NCBI GenBank assembly: GCA_039621445.1
Contig: CP154954.1
Location: 682,001 to 746,000 of the forward strand
From: Euglena gracilis
Taxonomy: Eukaryota
Direction: 5' to 3'
DNA length: 64,000 nt
Shown here: piece after piece, positions 22,856-34,420 of the stretch
Numbering within the stretch: position 1 is the first letter of the stretch
Layout of the letters: the number at the start of each line of letters is the position of its first letter
Program-made: the position numbers and the translations under genes
Notes under the pieces: model-generated
The model's input: only the letters and a program-made list of their open reading frames with translations
The model's database searches: none
What the model was told of the DNA's origin: nothing

Positions 22856-23111
22856 TTTTTTAATTAACGCTTGTCATTTAGAAATACTGCTGGTTATTAC
22901 CGGAGGAAGGTGAGGACGACGTCAAGTCATCATGCCCCTTATATCCTGGGCTACACACGTGCTACAATGGTTAAGACAATAAGTTGCAATTTTGTGAAAA
23001 TGAGCTAATCTTAAAACTTAGCCTAAGTTCGGATTGTAGGCTGAAACTCGCCTACATGAAGCCGGAATCGCTAGTAATCGCCGGTCAGCTATACGGCGGT
23101 GAATACGTTCT

Positions 23112-23149
<38 letters not shown>

Positions 23150-23268
23150 GGCTGTGCCCGAAGTTATTATCTTGCCTGAAAAGAGGGAAATACCTAAGGC
23201 CTGGCTGGTGACTGGGGTGAAGTCGTAACAAGGTAGCCGTACTGGAAGGTGTGGCTGGAACAACTCCC
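21773..23268 (+). rRNA. rrs: 16S rRNA, operon 2
   Basis: Full SSU with intact GCAACGAGCGCAACCC. Confidence 0.97.
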
Positions 23269-23354
23269 TTTAGTTTTTTAACTAAAAAAATGTATAGATT
23301 GGAAACAATGAAAAATAAAAAAAATAAGTAGGGAAACCTCTTATTTTTCCAAGA

Positions 23355-23428
23355 GGGCTATTAGCTCAGTTGGTTAGAGCATACCCTTGATAAGGGTAAG
23401 GTCGCTAGTTCAAGTCTAGCATGGCCCT
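23355..23428 (+). tRNA. trnI: tRNA-Ile(GAU)
   Basis: Same as operon 1. Confidence 0.96.
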
Positions 23429-23437
23429 CTTGGTTTT

Positions 23438-23510
23438 GGGGGTATAGCTCAGTTGGTAGAGCGCTGCCTTTGCAAGGCAGATGTCAGCGGTTCGAGTCCG
23501 CTTATCTCCA
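23438..23510 (+). tRNA. trnA: tRNA-Ala(UGC)
   Basis: Same as operon 1. Confidence 0.96.
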
Positions 23511-23527
23511 AAAAGGTTTTGATGTAG

Positions 23528-25451
23528 GTTCAAATGAACAAGGGCTTATGCGGGATTGCTTGGCATTTAGAGTCGAAGAAGGGCGTAGAAATTAACGATA
23601 TGCTTTAGGGAGCTAAAGACGAGCTTTAATCTAAAGATTCCCGAATGGGGCAACCTATTATTACTTTAACATTACAATGAAATGGTATACAAATAATGTA
23701 GAGAACTTGGTGAACTGAAACATCTTAGTAGCCGAAGGAAAAGAAAGCAAAAGCGATTTTCTTATTAGTGGCGAGCTAACGGAAATCAGCCTAAACCTTT
23801 ATGGGTGTTGTGGGTATATTATAATTACTGAAAAAGATAGAGAATTTGTTGAAAACAAAATCAAAGAGGGTTTTAAATCCCGTATTTGTTTTTAAAAAGT
23901 AATTTTTGATTTTCCCGAGTAGCATAGAGCACGTGGAATTCTGTGTGAATCAGCGAGGACCATCTCGTAAGGCTAAATACTCCTAAATGACCGATAGTGT
24001 ACGAGTACCGTGAGGGAAAGCTGAAATAGAACACTGAGAAGTGAGTGAAATAGAATATGAAAGCATAAGTTTACAAGCAGTAGGAGATCTATTTAAAGAT
24101 TGACTGTGTGCCTGTTGAAGAATGAGCCGGCGACTTATAGGTGATGGCAAGGTTAAGGTTTTTCCGGAGCCATAGTGAAATCGAGCTTAAATAAAGCGAA
24201 AAACTTTCTTCTTGAAAGTTTATGTCATTGCTTATAGACCCGAACCCAGGTGATCTAATCATGGTCAGGTTGAAGTTTTGGTAAAACAGAATGGAGGACC
24301 GAACCCACCAATGTTGAAAAATTGGGGGATGAACTGTGATTAGGGGAGAAATTCCAATCGAACTTGGAGCTAGCTGGATCTCTTCGAAATGCGTTGAGGC
24401 GCAGCGTTTAATTATGGTAAACATTAGGGGTAAAGCACTGTTTCGATGCGGGCTATGAAAATGGTACCAAGTTGTGGCAAACTCTGAATACTAAGTTATA
24501 TTTCAATTAATCAGTGAGACAGTGGGGGATAAGCTTCATTGTCAAGAGGGAAGCAGCCCAGATCACTACTTAAGGCCCCTAAATAATTACTAAGTGGTAA
24601 AGGATGTACTATTACATAGACAACCAGGAGGTTGGCTTAGAAGCAGCCATTCCTTTAAAAAGTGCGTAATAGCTTACTGGTCAAGTGATAGTGCGCCGAA
24701 AATGAACGGGACTAAGTAATTTGCCGAAGGTGTGAGAGAAATCGGTAGAAGAGCGTTCTGTGTTGAAGAGAAGGAATAGTGAAAATAGTTCTGGATTAAA
24801 CAGAAGTGAGAATGTCGGCTTAAGTAACGAAAACATTGGTGAAAATCCTATGCTCCGAAAACCTAAGGTTTCCTTAGCCAGGTTCGTCCTCTAAGGGTTA
24901 GTCAGGTCCTAAAATAAGGTTTAACAACGTAAATTGATGGATGACAGGTTAATATTCCTGTACCGAATGCTCACTTGTAAGGAGTGACGAAAAAGGCTAG
25001 ATCGGCCACGTGATGGTTTGTGGTTTAAGGGTTCAAGAGGTATCAAATATTAAAAAAAATATTTTGTCTTAAGGCCTGAATAGTATAAATACTACGGTAT
25101 TGAAAGTGATTGATGTCATGTTTCCAAGAAAAACTTTTGTTTATGTATAGTGAGCTCGCCTGTACCGTAAACTGACACAGGTAGGTTAGTAGAATATACT
25201 AAGGAGCGCGAGATAACTCTTTCTAAGGAACTCGGCAAAATGACTTCGTAACTTCGGAAGAAGAAGTACCTCTAATGAGGTGGCAGAAAAGAGGTCCAAG
25301 CGACTGCTTACCAAAAGCACAGGTCTCCGCGAAGTTGAAAAACGATGTATGGGGGCCGAGGCCTGCTCAGTGCAGGAAGGTTAAAGAAATTGGTTAGCGT
25401 AAGCAAAGCTAGTGACTGAAGCCCCTGTGAACAGCGGCAATAACTATAATT

Positions 25452-25504
<53 letters not shown>

Positions 25505-25992
25505 TTAACGATTTGGACACTGTCTCAGAAAGAGACTCGGTGAAATAGAATTGACTGTGAAGATGCGGTCTACTTGCACTTGGACAGAAAGACCCTATGA
25601 AGCTTTACTGTATCCTGAAATTGGTTTCGGGCTTTTTTTGCGCAGAATAGGTGGGAGGCTATGATCTTGTCTTTTGGGATACGGGGAGCCGAAAAATGAG
25701 ATACCACTCTGAGAAAGCTAGAAATCTAATCTTAATCTTATGTACAATCATGATAATTGACAGTTTCAGGTGGGCAGTTTTACTGGGGCGGTAGCCTCCT
25801 AAAAAGTAACGGAGGCGTACAAAGGTTTTCTCAGGCTAGACGGAAATTAGTTGTGGAGTGTAAAGGCATAAGAAAGCTTGACTGTGAGACTTATAAGTCA
25901 AACAGAGACTAAAGTCGGTCTTAGTGACCCGACGGTGCTGTATGGAAAGGCCGTCGTAAACAGATAAAAGTTACTCTAGGGATAACAGGCTG

Positions 25993-26052
<60 letters not shown>

Positions 26053-26069
26053 ACCTGGGGCGGTAGTAC

Positions 26070-26104
<35 letters not shown>

Positions 26105-26420
26105 TACGTGAGCTGGGTTCAGAACGTCGAGAGACAGTTCGGTCCATATCCGGTGTGAGCGTTAGAGTATTGAAAGGCGCTTTCCTTAGTACGAGAGGAC
26201 CGGGAAGGACGCACCACTGATGTACCAGTTTTTGTGCCAACAGAATACGCTGGGTAGTCAAGTGCGGAGTGGATAACTGCTGAAAGCATATAAGTAGGAA
26301 GCCCACCTTAAGATAAGTACTCTTCATAGGTCACGGTAAGACGAACCGTTTGATAGGTATTAGGTGTACAATTGGTAACAATTTTAGCCGAGATATACTA
26401 ACCGACCGAAAATTTTTTCC
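23528..26420 (+). rRNA. rrl: 23S rRNA, operon 2
   Basis: Tandem copy; 3-nt TTA insertion near 23657. Confidence 0.96.
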
Positions 26421-26494
26421 TATATGAAAACAAAACATTTATTTTTACTTGTCACTTTTTTAAGATTTAAAAGTTTCTTGAATGAACTTTTATT

Positions 26495-26611
26495 TTAGGG
26501 TGCTCTTGTCTTTATGGATCCACTTAAAACATTTCGAACTTGCAAGTTAAACATAAAGGGTAAATAGATACTTGAAAGGTTACTTTCCGGGAAAAGATTT
26601 TAGTGCCCTTA
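26495..26611 (+). rRNA. rrf: 5S rRNA, operon 2
   Basis: Same sequence as operon 1. Confidence 0.85.
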
Positions 26612-27462
26612 TGGGAAGTTTAATTTATTTAATTGTCTCTTAGTGAGTTTATTTATTAATATTAACTCGATTTTCGAGTAATTTTTATGACTGCCGTTAC
26701 GTTAGTGTTTTATTGCATGGATAAATGTATTGTGGTATAATTAAACCAAGGAATTTGTCAAACCACGTTTCCTTTAAGTTTGAATTTTTTTTGGCCAAAA
26801 CATGATGCTTCGGAAAAAATAAGACAATCTGTTTATAGAAATCAGTGAATTTCGTAATATTTTTCTTTTAAAATTTTAAACGATATGAATAATATCCTCG
26901 AGTGTTTGGAAAATGACTATATATCTTCGCTAATATAAAAGATTAATCACAAAATTCAACAAGATAGGTTGAATCATAGTGAGAATATTAGGTAATCTTC
27001 TGATAAGAGTTTTATTTTGTTGTACATTATAGTTATTGCTACTTTGTATTTGGTTCTTTGTGTTATGTGTGTGCTTTTTAGTTGTAAATCTTTTGCTAGT
27101 AAGAAGCGTGTCGTTCATTGTCGATTTGGACGAATATTTATAAAATGCTACAAGAGACCAAAATGTCTTTATACTTCTTATATTGCTGCTGAGTACCCTA
27201 TATTTTGTGATATTGAAAATATTAAGGTAAGGTTCCTAGACTTTCATACGTAAATGCTCATGCGCACAGTTTAGGTGTTATGCTTTTACCCCTGATCTTG
27301 TGAATTCTTTTCATTCACAAGAAATAACTTAGCTTAATTCCTAGTGTAAATTTTTCCGTACTTTAACGTGTGGCTGGGACAATTTTTTTATTTTTAATTA
27401 AAATACCGTATAAATTTTAAAAAATAAAAAAATCAAAAGGAAAATTTTTTATTTTTCAAAGA

Positions 27463-27613
27463 TCACTATTATCTTTTATTATTATAGAATACCTTTGATA
27501 AGGGTAGGGTCGTGGATTGAATCCTTGTATTAGCCAAATATTTCTTTTCTTTAAAATCCTAAGGCGTAGGTCTCCAAAACCTGATGTAGTAGGTTCGAAT
27601 CCTACAAAGCGCG
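27463..27613 (+). pseudogene. Pseudo-trnI and pseudo-trnW, operon 3 leader
   Basis: Copy of 21541-21691. Confidence 0.8.
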
Positions 27614-27694
27614 CTTTTAGTGTACACATTATAGTAAATGTGCCCCTTGCTTGGTCACCAAGAGGGTGAGAGGATTTGACCAACTTTGATGTTT

Positions 27695-28438
27695 TGGAAA
27701 TGACGAGTTTGATCCTTGCTCAGGGTGAACGCTGGCGGTATGCTTAACACATGCAAGTTGAACGAAATTACTAGCAATAGTAATTTAGTGGCGGACGGGT
27801 GAGTAATATGTAAGAATCTGCGCTTGGGCGAGGAATAACAGATGGAAACGTTTGCTAATGCCTCATAATTTACTAGATCTATGTGAGTAGCTAGTTAAAG
27901 AGAATTTCGCCTAGGCATGAGCTTGCATCTGATTAGCTTGTTGGTGAGGTAAAGGCTTACCAAGGCGACGATCAGTAGCTGATTTGAGAGGATGATCAGC
28001 CACACTGGGATTGAGAACGGAACAGACTTCTACGGAAGGCAGCAGTGAGGAATTTTCCGCAATGGGCGCAAGCCTGACGGAGCAATACCGCGTGAAGGAA
28101 GACGGCCTTTGGGTTGTAAACTTCTTTTCTCAAAGAAGAAGAAATGACGGTATTTGAGGAATAAGCATCGGCTAATTCCGTGCCAGCAGCCGCGGTAATA
28201 CGGGAGATGCGAGCGTTATCCGGAATTATTGGGCGTAAAGAGTTTGTAGGCGGTCAAGTGTGTTTAATGTTAAAAGTCAAAGCTTAACTTTGGAAGGGCA
28301 TTAAAAACTGCTAGACTTGAGTATGGTAGGGGTGAAGGGAATTTCCAGTGTAGCGGTGAAATGCGTAGAGATTGGAAAGAACACCAATGGCGAAGGCACT
28401 TTTCTAGGCCAATACTGACGCTGAGAAACGAAAGCTGA

Positions 28439-28470
<32 letters not shown>

Positions 28471-28563
28471 TTGGCCGTAAACTATGGATACTAAGTGGTG
28501 CTGAAAGTGCACTGCTGTAGTTAACACGTTAAGTATCCCGCCTGGGGAGTACGCTTGCACAAG

Positions 28564-28644
<81 letters not shown>

Positions 28645-28712
28645 AGGATTTGACAGGATCTAGGAGGAAGTTTGAAAGAACGCAGTACCTTCGGGTATCT
28701 AGACACAGGTGG

Positions 28713-28777
<65 letters not shown>

Positions 28778-29033
28778 TTTTTTAATTAACGCTTGTCATT
28801 TAGAAATACTGCTGGTTATTACCGGAGGAAGGTGAGGACGACGTCAAGTCATCATGCCCCTTATATCCTGGGCTACACACGTGCTACAATGGTTAAGACA
28901 ATAAGTTGCAATTTTGTGAAAATGAGCTAATCTTAAAACTTAGCCTAAGTTCGGATTGTAGGCTGAAACTCGCCTACATGAAGCCGGAATCGCTAGTAAT
29001 CGCCGGTCAGCTATACGGCGGTGAATACGTTCT

Positions 29034-29071
<38 letters not shown>

Positions 29072-29190
29072 GGCTGTGCCCGAAGTTATTATCTTGCCTG
29101 AAAAGAGGGAAATACCTAAGGCCTGGCTGGTGACTGGGGTGAAGTCGTAACAAGGTAGCCGTACTGGAAGGTGTGGCTGGAACAACTCCC
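27695..29190 (+). rRNA. rrs: 16S rRNA, operon 3
   Basis: Full SSU sequence. Confidence 0.97.
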
Positions 29191-29276
29191 TTTAGTTTTT
29201 TAACTAAAAAAATGTATAGATTGGAAACAATGAAAAATAAAAAAAATAAGTAGGGAAACCTCTTATTTTTCCAAGA

Positions 29277-29350
29277 GGGCTATTAGCTCAGTTGGTTAGA
29301 GCATACCCTTGATAAGGGTAAGGTCGCTAGTTCAAGTCTAGCATGGCCCT
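29277..29350 (+). tRNA. trnI: tRNA-Ile(GAU)
   Basis: Same as operon 1. Confidence 0.96.
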
Positions 29351-29359
29351 CTTGGTTTT

Positions 29360-29432
29360 GGGGGTATAGCTCAGTTGGTAGAGCGCTGCCTTTGCAAGGC
29401 AGATGTCAGCGGTTCGAGTCCGCTTATCTCCA
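29360..29432 (+). tRNA. trnA: tRNA-Ala(UGC)
   Basis: Same as operon 1. Confidence 0.96.
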
Positions 29433-29449
29433 AAAAGGTTTTGATGTAG

Positions 29450-31370
29450 GTTCAAATGAACAAGGGCTTATGCGGGATTGCTTGGCATTTAGAGTCGAAG
29501 AAGGGCGTAGAAATTAACGATATGCTTTAGGGAGCTAAAGACGAGCTTTAATCTAAAGATTCCCGAATGGGGCAACCTATTACTTTAACATTACAATGAA
29601 ATGGTATACAAATAATGTAGAGAACTTGGTGAACTGAAACATCTTAGTAGCCGAAGGAAAAGAAAGCAAAAGCGATTTTCTTATTAGTGGCGAGCTAACG
29701 GAAATCAGCCTAAACCTTTATGGGTGTTGTGGGTATATTATAATTACTGAAAAAGATAGAGAATTTGTTGAAAACAAAATCAAAGAGGGTTTTAAATCCC
29801 GTATTTGTTTTTAAAAAGTAATTTTTGATTTTCCCGAGTAGCATAGAGCACGTGGAATTCTGTGTGAATCAGCGAGGACCATCTCGTAAGGCTAAATACT
29901 CCTAAATGACCGATAGTGTACGAGTACCGTGAGGGAAAGCTGAAATAGAACACTGAGAAGTGAGTGAAATAGAATATGAAAGCATAAGTTTACAAGCAGT
30001 AGGAGATCTATTTAAAGATTGACTGTGTGCCTGTTGAAGAATGAGCCGGCGACTTATAGGTGATGGCAAGGTTAAGGTTTTTCCGGAGCCATAGTGAAAT
30101 CGAGCTTAAATAAAGCGAAAAACTTTCTTCTTGAAAGTTTATGTCATTGCTTATAGACCCGAACCCAGGTGATCTAATCATGGTCAGGTTGAAGTTTTGG
30201 TAAAACAGAATGGAGGACCGAACCCACCAATGTTGAAAAATTGGGGGATGAACTGTGATTAGGGGAGAAATTCCAATCGAACTTGGAGCTAGCTGGATCT
30301 CTTCGAAATGCGTTGAGGCGCAGCGTTTAATTATGGTAAACATTAGGGGTAAAGCACTGTTTCGATGCGGGCTATGAAAATGGTACCAAGTTGTGGCAAA
30401 CTCTGAATACTAAGTTATATTTCAATTAATCAGTGAGACAGTGGGGGATAAGCTTCATTGTCAAGAGGGAAACAGCCCAGATCACTACTTAAGGCCCCTA
30501 AATAATTACTAAGTGGTAAAGGATGTACTATTACATAGACAACCAGGAGGTTGGCTTAGAAGCAGCCATTCCTTTAAAAAGTGCGTAATAGCTTACTGGT
30601 CAAGTGATAGTGCGCCGAAAATGAACGGGACTAAGTAATTTGCCGAAGGTGTGAGAGAAATCGGTAGAAGAGCGTTCTGTGTTGAAGAGAAGGAATAGTG
30701 AAAATAGTTCTGGATTAAACAGAAGTGAGAATGTCGGCTTAAGTAACGAAAACATTGGTGAAAATCCTATGCTCCGAAAACCTAAGGTTTCCTTAGCCAG
30801 GTTCGTCCTCTAAGGGTTAGTCAGGTCCTAAAATAAGGTTTAACAACGTAAATTGATGGATGACAGGTTAATATTCCTGTACCGAATGCTCACTTGTAAG
30901 GAGTGACGAAAAAGGCTAGATCGGCCACGTGATGGTTTGTGGTTTAAGGGTTCAAGAGGTATCAAATATTAAAAAAAATATTTTGTCTTAAGGCCTGAAT
31001 AGTATAAATACTACGGTATTGAAAGTGATTGATGTCATGTTTCCAAGAAAAACTTTTGTTTATGTATAGTGAGCTCGCCTGTACCGTAAACTGACACAGG
31101 TAGGTTAGTAGAATATACTAAGGAGCGCGAGATAACTCTTTCTAAGGAACTCGGCAAAATGACTTCGTAACTTCGGAAGAAGAAGTACCTCTAATGAGGT
31201 GGCAGAAAAGAGGTCCAAGCGACTGCTTACCAAAAGCACAGGTCTCCGCGAAGTTGAAAAACGATGTATGGGGGCCGAGGCCTGCTCAGTGCAGGAAGGT
31301 TAAAGAAATTGGTTAGCGTAAGCAAAGCTAGTGACTGAAGCCCCTGTGAACAGCGGCAATAACTATAATT

Positions 31371-31423
<53 letters not shown>

Positions 31424-31911
31424 TTAACGATTTGGACACTGTCTCAGAAAGAGACTCGGTGAAATAGAATTGACTGTGAAGATGCGGTCTACTTGCACTT
31501 GGACAGAAAGACCCTATGAAGCTTTACTGTATCCTGAAATTGGTTTCGGGCTTTTTTTGCGCAGAATAGGTGGGAGGCTATGATCTTGTCTTTTGGGATA
31601 CGGGGAGCCGAAAAATGAGATACCACTCTGAGAAAGCTAGAAATCTAATCTTAATCTTATGTACAATCATGATAATTGACAGTTTCAGGTGGGCAGTTTT
31701 ACTGGGGCGGTAGCCTCCTAAAAAGTAACGGAGGCGTACAAAGGTTTTCTCAGGCTAGACGGAAATTAGTTGTGGAGTGTAAAGGCATAAGAAAGCTTGA
31801 CTGTGAGACTTATAAGTCAAACAGAGACTAAAGTCGGTCTTAGTGACCCGACGGTGCTGTATGGAAAGGCCGTCGTAAACAGATAAAAGTTACTCTAGGG
31901 ATAACAGGCTG

Positions 31912-31971
<60 letters not shown>

Positions 31972-31988
31972 ACCTGGGGCGGTAGTAC

Positions 31989-32023
<35 letters not shown>

Positions 32024-32339
32024 TACGTGAGCTGGGTTCAGAACGTCGAGAGACAGTTCGGTCCATATCCGGTGTGAGCGTTAGAGTATTGAAAGGCGCT
32101 TTCCTTAGTACGAGAGGACCGGGAAGGACGCACCACTGATGTACCAGTTTTTGTGCCAACAGAATACGCTGGGTAGTCAAGTGCGGAGTGGATAACTGCT
32201 GAAAGCATATAAGTAGGAAGCCCACCTTAAGATAAGTACTCTTCATAGGTCACGGTAAGACGAACCGTTTGATAGGTATTAGGTGTACAATTGGTAACAA
32301 TTTTAGCCGAGATATACTAACCGACCGAAAATTTTTTCC
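29450..32339 (+). rRNA. rrl: 23S rRNA, operon 3
   Basis: Tandem copy. Confidence 0.96.
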
Positions 32340-32413
32340 TATATGAAAACAAAACATTTATTTTTACTTGTCACTTTTTTAAGATTTAAAAGTTTCTTGA
32401 ATGAACTTTTATT

Positions 32414-32530
32414 TTAGGGTGCTCTTGTCTTTATGGATCCACTTAAAACATTTCGAACTTGCAAGTTAAACATAAAGGGTAAATGGATACTTGGAAGGTT
32501 GCTTTCTGGGAAAAGCTTTTAGTGCCCTTA
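32414..32530 (+). rRNA. rrf: 5S rRNA, operon 3 (variant)
   Basis: Five substitutions in the 3' third relative to operons 1 and 2. Confidence 0.85.
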
Positions 32531-34095
32531 TCGCGAGTTTATTTATTAATATTGAGTATGTTTTTGATTGATTTTTATGAATTTTGTCGATTTCTTTGTT
32601 AAAGTAGTTAAAATCTTTAAAGTTTTGATAAAAAATTTTTCTCTCAACAAGTTAAATAATAAAAAAACATCATGTTTGAACTTTTTGTAAAGAAATTTTT
32701 AAGACAATCTTTGAATAAAGAAAAGTGACTCTTAAAAATTTGAACTCTAATACTTTTTTGGTTATGATTTTTTGTCAATTTAATAATTATTTATACTATT
32801 GCTTAAAATTTTTTCTAATATTCAGCTAGTTAAACTTTGTTATTTTACTATAATACCATAAATTTGCCAAACTTTCCTATTACAAGAATTGAAGATTGTT
32901 ATTTTTTCAAGTTAGGACAAAAATTGTACGTCAATTTTGTTAAAAATACTTTAATTTTTTATGGTTTATTTTCTCTATAAAAAAGGTTCTAATTTTTATA
33001 ATAATGTTTTATAATTAATTATAATTTAATTATAATTTTTATAATTTTAATTAAAAAATATTTTTTTATAAAAATATAATAAAATTTTTTTTTATTTAAA
33101 TAAATATTAAATTGAAAATTTTTTTTAAAAAAATAATAATTATATTTAAATTTTTAAAAATATAGTTTGAGTTAATAGAAAATTTTTTATATTGAAATTT
33201 TTTTTTAGATAAAAATAAATTTTAAATTTTTTTAAAAAATATTAAAAAATTTTTTTTTTAATTTATTGATAAAAATTTAATATAAAAAAAGTTTAAGATT
33301 TTAATTTTTGAAAAAAGAAGTTTTTTATGTTTGTTTTTTTTAAAAAAATATTAAAAAAAGAATTTTTTAGAAAAAATTAAAAAAAAATTAAAAAAATGAA
33401 AAGTCTCTTTTAAAATTTTGTGATTTAAAAATTAAAAAGAAAAATTTAACTGTAAACTTTTAAATAAATTTTGATTTTTTAAATAAGTGATTTTGAACTA
33501 TAATTTGGTTAAAATATTATTATAATTTAAAAACTTTAACTTTTATTATTAAATTGCTCCTATTCAAAAAATTTAAAACAATTTACGTAATTAATCTTTA
33601 TTAATTTTCTATTTGATTTTTGTATACTTACCTATCTATTTAAAAATGGTTCTAATTATCAAATTTCCATTAATCAACTAAATATAGAATTAGAGCATCG
33701 TTTTCGTTATAAATTTCAATATAATATTTAATGAAAAAATTTTTTTAATAAAAGCCAAATTTTTATTAAATGGTAAGAACAAGTAATTTTTTTTTTTTTT
33801 TTATAAATTATTAAATTTTTAGAAAACTCCTATGATATGAAAAAAACAAGACAATAATTTTTTAGTATCAAATTTAATAAAGAGGCAAATTTTTCAATTT
33901 TTAAATTTTTGAGTTAATAAAAACAATTTGTTCATATAATACCATTTTAATTTTTTCAACTTTTTTGAAAAACTAATAGTTTTATGTAGTGTAATATCAA
34001 AATTTATGTTATAAAAAAAATATTATTTAACAAGAGTTCGTTTATTTTTTTCGAAAATTTATTTATTTAACTCAGCATCTAATTTGTCTTTAATA

Positions 34096-34203
34096 ATGGA
34101 GAGTAATGAAACTAAAAGAGAAGTAAGCATTAACAGGTTGGTTGCAAACTTCCGTAAGAAAGCCTTTGAAAATAAAGGATTAAAAAAGCTCGTTCTTGGT
34201 TAA
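34096..34203 (+). pseudogene. Remnant paralog of the 351-aa ORF C-terminus
   Basis: RLVANFRKKAFENKGL vs IMVKNFRKRACENVDL. Confidence 0.65.
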
Positions 34204-34420
34204 TTAATTTTGGCCATGAAAATAATGCGAAAAATAGTACTTCTGCAAAATTGTATAAACATCGAAGTAATTGTTTTAAAACATTATTTTTTTAAGGGAA
34301 CTTTTTGTTTTATTAAATATTAAGGTTAGTTAATTTATATGCATTTAAAATTAATTTTAAAAAATCCATTATACTATTAATGTCAAATCAAAGAAACAGA
34401 CTGTTTGAACTTTGTGAGAA

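Noticed and set aside
32990-33620. Extremely AT-rich ~0.6-kb block as origin or VNTR
   Set aside because: Absent from the mirror arm (~63575), has no clear period and contains garbled echoes of neighbouring sequence; likely a low-quality read insertion.
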